Positions 54,767 to 63,891 of a stretch of DNA of 64,000 nucleotides are shown here, in pieces. The number at the start of each line of letters is the position of its first letter. The stretch's first letter is position 1. Below the pieces are notes generated by a model that saw only the letters and a program-made list of their open reading frames with translations, did not search any database and had not been told where the DNA came from. Made by a program: the position numbers and the translations under genes. This stretch comes from Chloroflexota bacterium (GTDB lineage Bacteria > Chloroflexota > Anaerolineae > Anaerolineales > UBA4823), in NCBI GenBank assembly GCA_049325275.1, contig JBMOLU010000001.1, positions 509,830 to 573,829 of the forward strand, given 5' to 3'.

Positions 54767-55612
54767 GGCGCTTTCACCGTGTAAAGGGCTGGTATAACCG
54801 CGGCGAGGGGATCGGGCAGTCGCCCGGCAGTTCGGCAGCCAGTGGGCCAGCAAAGAAACGTTTTCAGCGATCACCTGGCGGCGATAAGCTTCGATTTGCA
54901 GGCGGGAAAAGTGGCTAAAAACCTGTTGCGCCATCAGGCGCTCGGAATCCAGGAGCCGGTAAAAAGCTTCCACAGGAATCCCCTGCCGGGCGGCAAAAAC
55001 CTCAACGGTTTGCGCCGCGGCGCCGGGGCCAAGCTGTTCGGTTAAGAAATCTCGCCAACGGCAAAGGTAAACATCCTCGACAAAGGGAAGCCAGTTCTGC
55101 GGCGTTGCCTGCTGCAAAGCATCCCCAACCAAAGGGTCGAGTTCCTCGAGCACGTCCCGGTCTATGGCGGCTCGCAGCACGTTGTGGATGTACAGGCGCT
55201 CCTGCAACATTCCCCACTTTGCGCTTTTCCCGAAGACCGGCTCGAAAATATCCTTCACCCACAACCAATCTGCCTGCAAGTGACACAAGTAACCGGCAAG
55301 AAACGCCGCCTGGGCGTCGAACAAGCCCACACGTGAAAGCTCCGGGTGCACTTCCCACAGTGCCGCCCACGGCTCTTGCGTGTTGGCATCCAAAGGCAGG
55401 GCGTAAAAGTGAGTGGACTGGCGCGATTGGTGTGAAATCGTTTGCACATCGGGGGCGGTGTTTCCCAGTAGAAATGCCGCCCGGTAGCGAAGCAGGCAAC
55501 GCCGGGTATGTTCGGGCAGTTTTCCTGGAGCAAGCAATTCTTCGCCGATGCTCAGGTGATAGAACGGAGTAGGCACGCGATGATTATACCTCGGAGGGAA
55601 AACATTCCCCAT
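54764..55612 (-). CDS. Hypothetical protein (possibly zinc-dependent phospholipase-C-like fold)
   Basis: 282-aa ORF. PTPFYHLSIGEELL...LLGNTAPDV...HFY resembles His-rich N-termini of that family, but this is a weak call from memory. The start is uncertain, since a GTG 6 nt after a TATAAT could give a leaderless start at VPTPFYHL. Confidence 0.4.
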   Translation of the reverse strand: MGNVFPPRYNHRVPTPFYHLSIGEELLAPGKLPEHTRRCLLRYRAAFLLGNTAPDVQTISHQSRQSTHFYALPLDANTQEPWAALWEVHPELSRVGLFDAQAAFLAGYLCHLQADWLWVKDIFEPVFGKSAKWGMLQERLYIHNVLRAAIDRDVLEELDPLVGDALQQATPQNWLPFVEDVYLCRWRDFLTEQLGPGAAAQTVEVFAARQGIPVEAFYRLLDSERLMAQQVFSHFSRLQIEAYRRQVIAENVSLLAHWLPNCRATARSPRRGYTSPLHGESA

Positions 55613-55632
55613 TGAAGGTGCAAGAGCCGGTT

Positions 55633-55664
55633 AAAAAACAATGCCGGCAGGCCAGGCCTGCCGG
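55633..55664 (-). terminator. Intrinsic terminator after the 101-aa hypothetical gene
   Basis: The minus strand reads ccggcaggcc-t-ggcctgccgg, followed by cattgTTTTTT. Confidence 0.55.
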
Positions 55665-55702
55665 ACACGTCGTGCTGGCATGTTCTGTTGTCCCGGCGAT
55701 CT

Positions 55703-56008
55703 TCATATCACCGGCACCCCCTCGATGCTATCGTGGGTATGCTGCAAGTGATCGCTCGCCAACAAGACACCGTCCTTTTGGCGCACCAGCCGCACGGGAA
55801 CCGACACATCGAAGCTACCCGCCATACTTTCGATCCGCCTGCCGAGCATAAAGCGCTTTCCCTGCTCGAGTTTTTCGACCAGGCTGGCGCGGTCGATCAA
55901 GACACGGTCAGAAAATGCCGGGCCGCGGCGCTCGTAGGCCCGCACCCAGGCGACTTGCCCATCGGGGGTGTAGTGTACGGCTTCGATCACACCATCATAC
56001 TTTGGCAT
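55703..56008 (-). CDS. Hypothetical protein (101 aa)
   Basis: MPKYDGVIEAVHYTPDGQVAWVRAYERRGPAFSDRVLIDRASLVEKLEQGKRF...; ATG 56008 is preceded by gaggaaa. I recognise no family. Confidence 0.5.
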   Translation of the reverse strand: MPKYDGVIEAVHYTPDGQVAWVRAYERRGPAFSDRVLIDRASLVEKLEQGKRFMLGRRIESMAGSFDVSVPVRLVRQKDGVLLASDHLQHTHDSIEGVPVI

Positions 56009-56083
56009 CGTTTCCTCGCAAAAAAACGCAACGCGCCAAAACGCTGGATGGAAAAGCCCAGCGCTTTGGCGCATCGAAAATTG

Positions 56084-56157
56084 TCGGGGCGGCCGGACTT
56101 GAACCGGCGACCCCCGCGTCCCAAACGCGGTGCGCTACCGAACTGCGCTACACCCCG
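56084..56157 (-). tRNA. tRNA-Pro (anticodon TGG), CCA not encoded
   Basis: The minus strand reads CGGGGTGTAGCGCAGTTCGGTAGCGCACCGCGTTTGGGACGCGGGGGTCGCCGGTTCAAGTCCGGCCGCCCCGA. I folded the cloverleaf by hand: 7-bp acceptor stem, anticodon loop TTTGGGA, T-loop TTCAAGT. Confidence 0.9.
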
Positions 56158-56173
56158 GGCGAGACGCAGTATA

Positions 56174-56953
56174 ATGCGAAGTATTCCAACTCGTCAAGGA
56201 CTTTTTATGTTCGCGCCGCTTTATCACGCTCACCACACCCTGCACTCCGAAGATTTACCTTTCTGGCATGCCCTGGCTTCGCAACAAGGCAGCCCAATCC
56301 TCGAACTGGGGTGCGGCACGGGCCGTGTGTTCCTGCCGCTCTACCAGCAGGGCTTCGAGATCGTAGGCCTGGACAACAACCCCGCGATGCTGGTTTACTT
56401 AAAGAGTCTGGCCGGCGGGGCGCCTGTGTCCGTTTTTCAGGCCGATATGAGCGCTTTTCACCTGGCACAAACGTTCGCCCTCACGATTCTGCCTTGCAAC
56501 ACGTTCAGTTCCCTAACCTTCGAACAGCGTCGGGGCACGTTGGCCTGCGCCCGCCGCCATCTGCAGGCGGGCGGCTTGCTCGCCATCAGCATGCCGAATC
56601 CCGATCTGTTGGCCCAACTGCCGCAGCGCAGCGCGCTGGAGACGGAGGATGTTTTCCCGCACCCTGGCGACGGTGAGCCCGTCGAAGCCGCTTCCGCGTG
56701 GCGGCGCGGCAAAAAGCAGATCACCTTTACCTGGCAGTACGATCACTTCCTTGCAGACGGCCGCACCGAACGCCTGGCCACACAGGTCACCCACACCCTT
56801 CAGCCCATCGACGCCTATTGCGCCGAGATCGAAGCGGCTGGCCTGCACATCGTCGATCAGTACGGAGATTATGACAGGTCGCGCCACAACGTCGACTCAC
56901 CTTACCTGATTTTCACTATGGCAACTCGACAGCCTTTGCCTGCACGCGATTGA
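56174..56953 (+). CDS. Class I SAM-dependent methyltransferase
   Basis: Carries ILELGCGTGRV. The start is ATG 56174 or 56207. The upstream part of the track ORF (55688-) runs across the tRNA and was discarded. Confidence 0.7.
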   Translation: MRSIPTRQGLFMFAPLYHAHHTLHSEDLPFWHALASQQGSPILELGCGTGRVFLPLYQQGFEIVGLDNNPAMLVYLKSLAGGAPVSVFQADMSAFHLAQTFALTILPCNTFSSLTFEQRRGTLACARRHLQAGGLLAISMPNPDLLAQLPQRSALETEDVFPHPGDGEPVEAASAWRRGKKQITFTWQYDHFLADGRTERLATQVTHTLQPIDAYCAEIEAAGLHIVDQYGDYDRSRHNVDSPYLIFTMATRQPLPARD

Positions 56954-57072
56954 CCCTGCGAGCAAACAGCTTGCAAACCTGCAATCTGCAATCGGCAAAC
57001 TAGCAGCAATCCTTGTCACCCGCCCGGTTTTGTTCTAAAATGAGAGCATTATAAATAGCAGGAGAAAACCCT

Positions 57073-57546
57073 ATGAGTGATTCGCGTATTCTGGAAATGG
57101 TAGACATCTTTTCAGACCTGACCCCCGATCAATTGAAATTAATATATTCGGTCTGCAAAGAGAAAGTCTACAACAAGGGTGATCTGATCATCCAGGAACA
57201 TACCCCGAATACCGATTTCTACGTTTTGCTGGATGGCGAAGTGGAAGTGATCGTTCAGGTTGCCGAAAACAACCCTCCCCGCCGGATCGCCAGCATGGAC
57301 CGCGGTCACTCGTTTGGTGAAGTAGCGTTGGTGGATCAGGGCCTGCGCACAGCTTCGATCCGCTGCATCTCGAAAACCTGCCGGGTCTTCGAAATCAATC
57401 GAGAAGACCTGATGCGTATCTTGCGTGAAAACCTCGAAATGGGCTTCGCCGTGATGTACAACCTGGCCGTAGATATGTGCTGGAAAATCCGCCAGGCCCA
57501 ATACATGGCCCAAGACGGTGTGCTCTACGCACCCCGGCAAGGATAA
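57073..57546 (+). CDS. Cyclic nucleotide-binding domain protein (stand-alone, 157 aa)
   Basis: The cNMP-binding pattern is GDLIIQEH...FYVLLDGEVEV...FGEVALVD...RTASIRC. Confidence 0.8.
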   Translation: MSDSRILEMVDIFSDLTPDQLKLIYSVCKEKVYNKGDLIIQEHTPNTDFYVLLDGEVEVIVQVAENNPPRRIASMDRGHSFGEVALVDQGLRTASIRCISKTCRVFEINREDLMRILRENLEMGFAVMYNLAVDMCWKIRQAQYMAQDGVLYAPRQG

Positions 57547-57646
57547 AGGATAGTCGCTTGTCTGTACTCGTTCGAAGAAAACCAAAAGCGCCTGCTGCAT
57601 TGCGGGCGTTTTTGCTAGTCTGTTGCGCTGTAGAGGCACCCCAACC

Positions 57647-58528
57647 ATGATGGAAACTCACGAATGTAAAACGGCCGCAGTCGGCCACCCCCAGGGCGTC
57701 GAAATCATCGAGCAGCGCATGCTCGTACCCAACGTCAACATCCTGACCGTACACGCCCCCGCCGTTGCGCGCAAAATCCAGCCGGGCCAGTTCGTCATCT
57801 TGCGCACCGACGATCACGCCGAACGCATGCCGTTAACGGTAGCCGATTGGGATCGTCAGGCCGGCACCGTCACCTGCATTTTCATGCAAGTCGGCACTTC
57901 CACGCAAAAGCTGGGCCAGCTCAAGGCCGGCGAGCGGCTGGCGACTTTCGTCGGGCCGCTCGGCCACCCGCTTGAAATGGACTACTTCGGTACGGTTGTG
58001 CTGACCAGCGGCTGTTACGGCATCGGCGCGCTCTACCCGGCGGCGCGCCGCCTGAAGGAATTGGGCAACCACGTCATCGGCATGGTCGAAGCGCGCGGCA
58101 GCTTTTTGCTCTATTGGATCGAAAAGTACCGCGCCGTGTGCGATGAACTGATCATTTCCACTTTCGATGGTTCCAAAGTGGGCAAGGCCTTGCCCACCCA
58201 AAAAGGAGAAGGTCCCGAGCACCTCAAAGATCTGCTCGCCTCGGGACGCACTATCGATCGTGTCATCGGGCTTGGATGTACCTTCATGATGTTCGAGACC
58301 GCCCAAGCCACGCGCCCATCCGGCGTCAAAACCATCGTCAGCCTCAACCCGATCATGATCGATGGCACCGGCATGTGCGGCGCTTGCCGCGTGGTCGTCG
58401 GTGGCGAGACGAAGTTCGCCTGCGTCGACGGCCCCGATTTCGACGCCCACCAGATCGATTGGGAACTGCTGCTGGCCCGCCGCAAGCCGTACATCGAAGC
58501 CGAAGCAGCGTCTCTGGAAAGCTGTTAA
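57647..58528 (+). CDS. nfnA: NfnA-like FAD/NAD(P)-binding ferredoxin reductase subunit (sulfide dehydrogenase beta-like)
   Basis: Carries the FNR-like PGQFVILR and GPLG motifs and the C-terminal 2Fe-2S motif DGTGMCGACRV...CVDGP. It is paired with the following gltD-like gene. Confidence 0.7.
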   Translation: MMETHECKTAAVGHPQGVEIIEQRMLVPNVNILTVHAPAVARKIQPGQFVILRTDDHAERMPLTVADWDRQAGTVTCIFMQVGTSTQKLGQLKAGERLATFVGPLGHPLEMDYFGTVVLTSGCYGIGALYPAARRLKELGNHVIGMVEARGSFLLYWIEKYRAVCDELIISTFDGSKVGKALPTQKGEGPEHLKDLLASGRTIDRVIGLGCTFMMFETAQATRPSGVKTIVSLNPIMIDGTGMCGACRVVVGGETKFACVDGPDFDAHQIDWELLLARRKPYIEAEAASLESC

Positions 58529-58578
58529 CACAGCCCCTACCGCGGAATTCGTTCCGCTTGCCTACCCTGAGTGCTCTT

Positions 58579-59979
58579 ATGCCCAAAATCATTCCCACCA
58601 AAACCCCCATGCCGGAGCAGGACCCGCAGATCCGCCGGCGGAATAACGATGAAGTGCCGCTCGGCTACACGCCCGAACAGGCCATGGAAGAGGCCAGGCG
58701 CTGTTTACAGTGCAAAAAGCCCGACTGCACCAACGGCTGCCCGGTCAATATCGATATCCCCGGCTTCCTGGCGTTGATCGCCGATGGGCGCTTCACCCAG
58801 GCGGCCCGTTTGATCAAGAAAGCCAACGCCCTGCCGGCGGTGACCGGACGCGTTTGCCCGCAGGAAGAACAATGCGAAGGGCGCTGCGCCCTGGCGAAGA
58901 AATTCGAATCGGTGGGTATCGGCCGACTGGAGCGTTTCGTGGCCGACTGGGAAGCCGCCCACGAGGGGGCCGAAGTTCCGCCGCTCGCCCCCGCCACCGG
59001 CAAGCGCGTGGCCGTGGTCGGCTCCGGGCCGGCAGGGATCACGGTGGCCGCCGACCTGGCCGTGCTGGGCCACCAGGTCAAAATCTTCGAGGCGCTGCAC
59101 GAGCCGGGGGGTGTGCTGGTCTACGGCATCCCCGAGTTTCGCCTGCCCAAAGCCATCGTGGCGCGCGAGGTCCAGTACGTTTGCTCGCTTGGGGTCGATC
59201 TCGAAACCGACGTGGTCGTCGGTCTGACCTATACGGTGGACGAACTGTTGGAAGAATACGACGCCGTTTTCCTTGGCACCGGGGCCGGACTGCCCTGGTT
59301 CCTGGGCATCCCGGGGGAAAATCTGAACGGTGTCTACTCGGCCAACGAATACCTCACCCGCGCCAACCTGATGCGCGCCTACGATTTTCCCAACTACGAC
59401 ACGCCGCCCATTCGTGGCCGGCGCGTGATCACCGTGGGCGGCGGCAATGTAGCCATGGATTCGGCCCGTACGGCCCTGCGCCTGGGAGCGGAAGAATCGA
59501 TCATCGTTTACCGCCGTTCGCGCACCGAGATGCCCGCCCGCCTGGAAGAAATTCACCACGCCGAGCAAGAAGGCGTGATTTTCGAGTTCCTCACCAACCC
59601 GATCGCCATCCACCCCCGGGAAGGCGGCAGCTGGGTGCACGAGATGGAGTGCATCCGCATGGAACTGGGTGAACCGGATGCATCGGGCCGCCGCCGCCCG
59701 GTGGCAGTGAAAGATTCGAACTTCCGCATCCCTGCCGACGTCGTCGTGATCTCGATCGGGCAAAGCCCCAACCCGCTCATTCCCAAAACGACCGCCGATT
59801 TACAAACATCGAAAGGCGGCGTGATCGTCGTCGACGCCGAAACCGGGAAGACCTCCAAGCGGGGCGTTTTTGCCGGCGGCGACGTGGCCACCGGCGGCGC
59901 CACCGTCATCCTTGCGATGGGCGCCGGCAAGAAGGCTGCGGCGGCGATCGACACTTATTTGGAAAGCGGGGCATGGTGA
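58579..59979 (+). CDS. nfnB: NfnB / glutamate synthase small-subunit-like NADPH oxidoreductase
   Basis: Carries the Fe-S motifs CLQCKKPDCTNGCPV and CPQEEQCEGRC, FAD/NAD motifs VAVVGSGPAGIT and VITVGGGNVAMD, and VFAGGD. Confidence 0.75.
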   Translation: MPKIIPTKTPMPEQDPQIRRRNNDEVPLGYTPEQAMEEARRCLQCKKPDCTNGCPVNIDIPGFLALIADGRFTQAARLIKKANALPAVTGRVCPQEEQCEGRCALAKKFESVGIGRLERFVADWEAAHEGAEVPPLAPATGKRVAVVGSGPAGITVAADLAVLGHQVKIFEALHEPGGVLVYGIPEFRLPKAIVAREVQYVCSLGVDLETDVVVGLTYTVDELLEEYDAVFLGTGAGLPWFLGIPGENLNGVYSANEYLTRANLMRAYDFPNYDTPPIRGRRVITVGGGNVAMDSARTALRLGAEESIIVYRRSRTEMPARLEEIHHAEQEGVIFEFLTNPIAIHPREGGSWVHEMECIRMELGEPDASGRRRPVAVKDSNFRIPADVVVISIGQSPNPLIPKTTADLQTSKGGVIVVDAETGKTSKRGVFAGGDVATGGATVILAMGAGKKAAAAIDTYLESGAW

Positions 59980-60395
59980 TGAACGCGCCGCGTGTGGGTG
60001 TCGGTATGGTGATTACACGCGGGGACGAAGTGCTTCTGTTACGGCGCAAGAACGTCCACGGCGAAGGGACGTGGTCGACGCCGGGCGGCCACCTGGAGTG
60101 CGGTGAGAGTCCCGAAGCCTGCGCAGCGCGTGAAGCGCGCGAGGAAACCGGCATCGAAGTAAGCGGCGTTCGCTTTGTGGGCATCACCAACGACGTTTTC
60201 GACGAAACACGCCACTACATCACGATCTGGATGTGCGGCGACTATCTCTCCGGCGAGGCCCACGTGGCCGCGGAATACGAATCCAGCCAGGTGGGATGGT
60301 TTTCGTGGGACGCGCTGCCGCAGCCGCTGTTTTTACCCTTGCAGCATCTCTTGTGGGGAGAAAGCTACCCACCCCAGGCATTTCAGAAAGACTGA
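59973..60395 (+). CDS. NUDIX hydrolase
   Basis: Carries the Nudix box GGHLECGESPEACAAREAREETGI. Confidence 0.85.
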   Translation: MVMNAPRVGVGMVITRGDEVLLLRRKNVHGEGTWSTPGGHLECGESPEACAAREAREETGIEVSGVRFVGITNDVFDETRHYITIWMCGDYLSGEAHVAAEYESSQVGWFSWDALPQPLFLPLQHLLWGESYPPQAFQKD

Positions 60396-60398
60396 ACG

Positions 60399-61889
60399 AT
60401 GCGAAAAATCGAGGCGAATCGCCAAAAAACGAAAGGCGCCCACAACCCTTACGCCAGAGTCTGCGTGGGGGCAGGGCGGGCGGCCGAGCTGCTGCGCCGG
60501 GATGCGCTGGAACACCTGGCGCTCGTGCAGGCAGCGTGCGGGTTCGAGTACATCCGCTTTCACGGTGTGCTGCACGACGACATGGGCATCTACTTCGAAG
60601 ATCGCCAGGGCAACAGCTGCTACAACTGGCAGTATCTCGACGCCGTCTACGATGCCGTTTTGGCCGTCGGCATGAAACCGTTCGTCGAGTTTTCGTTCAT
60701 GCCGGCCGCCCTGGCGTCGGGTGACCGGACGATCTTTTGGTGGCGCGGCAACGTCACCCCTCCCAAAGATTACGAAAAGTGGCGGGCGCTGATCCGGGCC
60801 TTCGTCGAGCACTGTGAGCAGCGCTACGGCCGCACCGAAGTGGCAAACTGGTATTTCGAGGTCTGGAACGAACCAAACCTTGACGGCTTCTGGGCCGCCG
60901 ACATGGCCGAATATTTCAAGCTGTACCAGGTGACGGCGGAAGCAGTCAAGAGCGTTCACTCGAGCTACCGCGTGGGTGGCCCGGCCACGGCAGGCAACGC
61001 CTGGGCGGCCGAGCAGATCGAATTCTGCCAGCGCACCAACACTCCGCTCGATTTCATCAGCACCCACGACTACGGCGTCGAAGGGGCACTCGACGAGTTC
61101 GGGCAGCAGATGACGCGCTTGAGCTTGCAAGCCGATTCCGTCCACGCCGGGCCGCGCTGGGTGCACGAGCAGGTGCGTAACTCACCGATGCCCGGCCTGG
61201 AAATCCACTACACCGAGTGGAACTCTTCGTATTCTCCGCTCGATCCCGTGCACGATTCCTACGTCAACGCCGCCTTCGTACTGCGTAAGCTCAAGCAAAA
61301 CCAGGGCCTGCTCACGTCGATGTCCTACTGGGCGTTCAGTGATGTCTTCGAAGAAGCCAGCCCGCCGAAGACGCCCTTCCACGGCGGTTTCGGCCTGATC
61401 AACCTGCAGGGCCTGCGCAAACCGGCTTTTTACGCCTACCAGTTCCTCAACCGCCTGGGCGCCACCGAACTCGCCTGCGACGATGCAAACGCCTGGGTGT
61501 GTACAGACGGGAAAAAGATTCAGGCCCTCTTCTGGGATTACACTCCGCCGCAGCAAGACTCTCCCAACCAGGCCTTCTTCGTCCGCGAACATCCTGCTGC
61601 GCCGGCGGGCACCGCACAGTTGGAAATCGGCGGCCTGCCCGCCGGGGAATATCGCCTGACAGCATCTCGCGTCGGCTACCGTGCCAACGACGTTTACCAT
61701 GCCTACCGCGATCTCGGCAGTCCCACCTGGCTGAGCCAGGCGCAGGTTGCCCAGTTGCACACGCAGAGCGATGGCCGCGTGTGGGATGAGCGCAGCGTCG
61801 AGGTTGGCGCCGACGGCGTTCTGAAAGCCGGTTATGAACTACGCCAGAACGACGTCATCCTGGTGGTTGCCGAAGCCTGTGCGGAATGA
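60399..61889 (+). CDS. Glycoside hydrolase family 39 (beta-xylosidase-like)
   Basis: The catalytic acid/base region is WYFEVWNEPN and the nucleophile region is IHYTEWNSS. Length and layout match GH39. Confidence 0.75.
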   Translation: MRKIEANRQKTKGAHNPYARVCVGAGRAAELLRRDALEHLALVQAACGFEYIRFHGVLHDDMGIYFEDRQGNSCYNWQYLDAVYDAVLAVGMKPFVEFSFMPAALASGDRTIFWWRGNVTPPKDYEKWRALIRAFVEHCEQRYGRTEVANWYFEVWNEPNLDGFWAADMAEYFKLYQVTAEAVKSVHSSYRVGGPATAGNAWAAEQIEFCQRTNTPLDFISTHDYGVEGALDEFGQQMTRLSLQADSVHAGPRWVHEQVRNSPMPGLEIHYTEWNSSYSPLDPVHDSYVNAAFVLRKLKQNQGLLTSMSYWAFSDVFEEASPPKTPFHGGFGLINLQGLRKPAFYAYQFLNRLGATELACDDANAWVCTDGKKIQALFWDYTPPQQDSPNQAFFVREHPAAPAGTAQLEIGGLPAGEYRLTASRVGYRANDVYHAYRDLGSPTWLSQAQVAQLHTQSDGRVWDERSVEVGADGVLKAGYELRQNDVILVVAEACAE

Positions 61890-61923
61890 AAAGATCACGG
61901 CGTGCACACACTCCCTTCGCATG

Positions 61924-61957
61924 AAAAAAGCGACGGTTCCGGGACCGTCGCTTTTTT
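61924..61957. terminator. Bidirectional intrinsic terminator between the GH39 gene and metG
   Basis: AAAAAA-gcgacggt-tccggg-accgtcgc-TTTTTT. Confidence 0.85.
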
Positions 61958-61993
61958 CGTGCTATTCTTCCACTTTCATGGGAATACCCGGCG

Positions 61994-63778
61994 CTACTTG
62001 CCCAGGCGTGCGCGTTCTTCTTCGACGATGCTTTCGTCCAGTTTTTTGAAGAGCGGGCCGGGCTGGTTGAGCTTCCGGACGGGTTCGAGCTGGCTCGGCG
62101 CCCAGGCACCGCCGGCCCAGGCCACATCGTAACGCAGAACGTCGTGCTGGCCCAGGCCGTCGCTGACGGATTGGACGAACTGCCTGCCAAACAAGGGCGT
62201 CTCGTATCCCAGGAAGCGATGCAGCTTCTCGCAAGTGAAAGGCAGTACAGGAGAAAAGAGCACCTTCAGGCTGTCGATGCAGCGCAGGGCGGTGTAAATT
62301 GTCGTGCCGGCGGCGGCTTTATCGGTTTTGACCTCGAACCAGGGACCGGCGGCGTCGAGGTATTTGTTGACCTCGCTCGCCAGGCGCACGGTTTCAGCCA
62401 GGGCGGTGCGCAGTTTGACGGCATCGTAAAGCTTGCCGATGGCTTCGAACCCGGCCTCGACCGTCGCCAGGATCTCTCGATCGGCGGGACGCAGATCGCC
62501 GGGGGTGGGCACGTACCCTTCCCAGTGCTTGTAAGCGAACGATAAGACACGGTTGGCCAGGTTGCCCCAGGTGGCGACCAGTTCGTTGTTGTTACGCGCC
62601 ACGAAATCGGCCCAATCCCAGTCGGTGTCGCGCAGTTCGGGCATATTGGCCGTCAGGTAGTAGCGCAGGGCGTCGGGATCGTAGCGGGTGAGAAAATCGA
62701 GGCCCCACACGGCCCAGTTGCGTGAACCGGAAATCTTTTCACCTTCCAGGTTCATGAATTGGTTTGCGGGGACGTCGTAAGGCAGGTTCAGCGTCTGGCC
62801 TTCTTCATTCGCATAAATCTTGGCGAACTCGCTGCCGGCGCCCTTGAGTTGGGCCGGCCACTGGGCGGCATGGAAGAAGATATTGTCCTTTCCGATGAAG
62901 TAAAACGCCTTGGCGGCCGCATCCGTCCACCAGTCGTGCCAGGACTCGGGCTGGCCGAGCAGATTGGTGGCCTCGATGGTGGCTGAAAGGTAACCGATCA
63001 CCGCTTCGAACCAGACGTAGATGCGCTTGTTGTCCCAGCCTTCCACCGGCACGGGAATGCCCCAATCGAGGTCGCGCGTGATCGGGCGAGGCTTGAGGCC
63101 GTCGGACTCGATCTTGCGCAGCGATTCACCGATCACAGTCTCGCGCCAGTAATGCTGGCGTTGGCGTAAGAAGTCGGCCACATCGGGTTCGAGCTTGGAA
63201 AGGTTGATGAAGTAGTGCTCGGTGTCGCGCAATTCAGGCGTAGAGCCATCGACCTTCGAACGCGGGTTACGCAGCTTTTCGGGTTCGAGCACGCTGCCAC
63301 ACTTGTCGCACTGGTCTGAACGTGCGCCTTCATACCCGCAGAGGTAGCAGGTGCCTTCCACATAGCGGTCGGGCAGGAATTTTCCCGCCGCCGGCGAGTA
63401 CCACTGCGGGCGGGTCTCGGTGTAGAGAAAGCCGTTTGCTTTCAGCGCCAGGAAGATGGCCTGCGAGACTTCAAAGTGGTTTTGCGTATGGGTGGTGGTG
63501 AAGAGATCGTAAGAAATTCCGGCCTGCTGGAAAAGCTCGATGAATTCGTTGTGGAAACGGCGGTAGATTTCCTCCACCGGTTTGCCTTCAGCATCGGCGC
63601 GCAGGGTAACCGGGGTGCCGTGTGAATCGGTGCCGGAGACCATCAGCACACGGTCGCCTTTCAAGCGGTGGTAGCGGGCGCTGATATCGCCGGGCAGGTG
63701 CGAGCCGGTGATATTGCCGACATGAATGGACGCATTGGCGTAAGGCCAGGCGATGGCAATGAGAATGGTTTCGGACAT
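61994..63778 (-). CDS. metG: Methionine--tRNA ligase
   Basis: Carries WPYANASIHVGNITG (HIGH-type), the zinc knuckle CYLCGYEGARSDQCDKCG and GEKISGSRN (KMSKS-type). Confidence 0.9.
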   Translation of the reverse strand: MSETILIAIAWPYANASIHVGNITGSHLPGDISARYHRLKGDRVLMVSGTDSHGTPVTLRADAEGKPVEEIYRRFHNEFIELFQQAGISYDLFTTTHTQNHFEVSQAIFLALKANGFLYTETRPQWYSPAAGKFLPDRYVEGTCYLCGYEGARSDQCDKCGSVLEPEKLRNPRSKVDGSTPELRDTEHYFINLSKLEPDVADFLRQRQHYWRETVIGESLRKIESDGLKPRPITRDLDWGIPVPVEGWDNKRIYVWFEAVIGYLSATIEATNLLGQPESWHDWWTDAAAKAFYFIGKDNIFFHAAQWPAQLKGAGSEFAKIYANEEGQTLNLPYDVPANQFMNLEGEKISGSRNWAVWGLDFLTRYDPDALRYYLTANMPELRDTDWDWADFVARNNNELVATWGNLANRVLSFAYKHWEGYVPTPGDLRPADREILATVEAGFEAIGKLYDAVKLRTALAETVRLASEVNKYLDAAGPWFEVKTDKAAAGTTIYTALRCIDSLKVLFSPVLPFTCEKLHRFLGYETPLFGRQFVQSVSDGLGQHDVLRYDVAWAGGAWAPSQLEPVRKLNQPGPLFKKLDESIVEEERARLGK

Positions 63779-63863
63779 GTGGGACCTCCGCGATGAGCGA
63801 GTTTTCAGGGTTTCGGGCGCACACGTTCAGCTGTGCGGCGCCCAGCAGGCGTGTCTGAACAAC

Positions 63864-63891
63864 AAAAAAGGCTGCCCGCATCTGGACAGCC
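63864..63891 (-). terminator. Intrinsic terminator inside the metG 5' leader (attenuator candidate)
   Basis: The minus strand reads GGCTGTCCAG-atg-CGGGCAGCC followed by TTTTTTG, 86 nt upstream of the metG ATG. Confidence 0.6.

Noticed and set aside
55688-56173. 5' extension of the track ORF 55688-56953, which would make a 421-aa protein.
   Set aside because: The extension runs antisense through the 101-aa gene and straight across tRNA-Pro (56084-56157). The methyltransferase domain begins after ATG 56174/56207.
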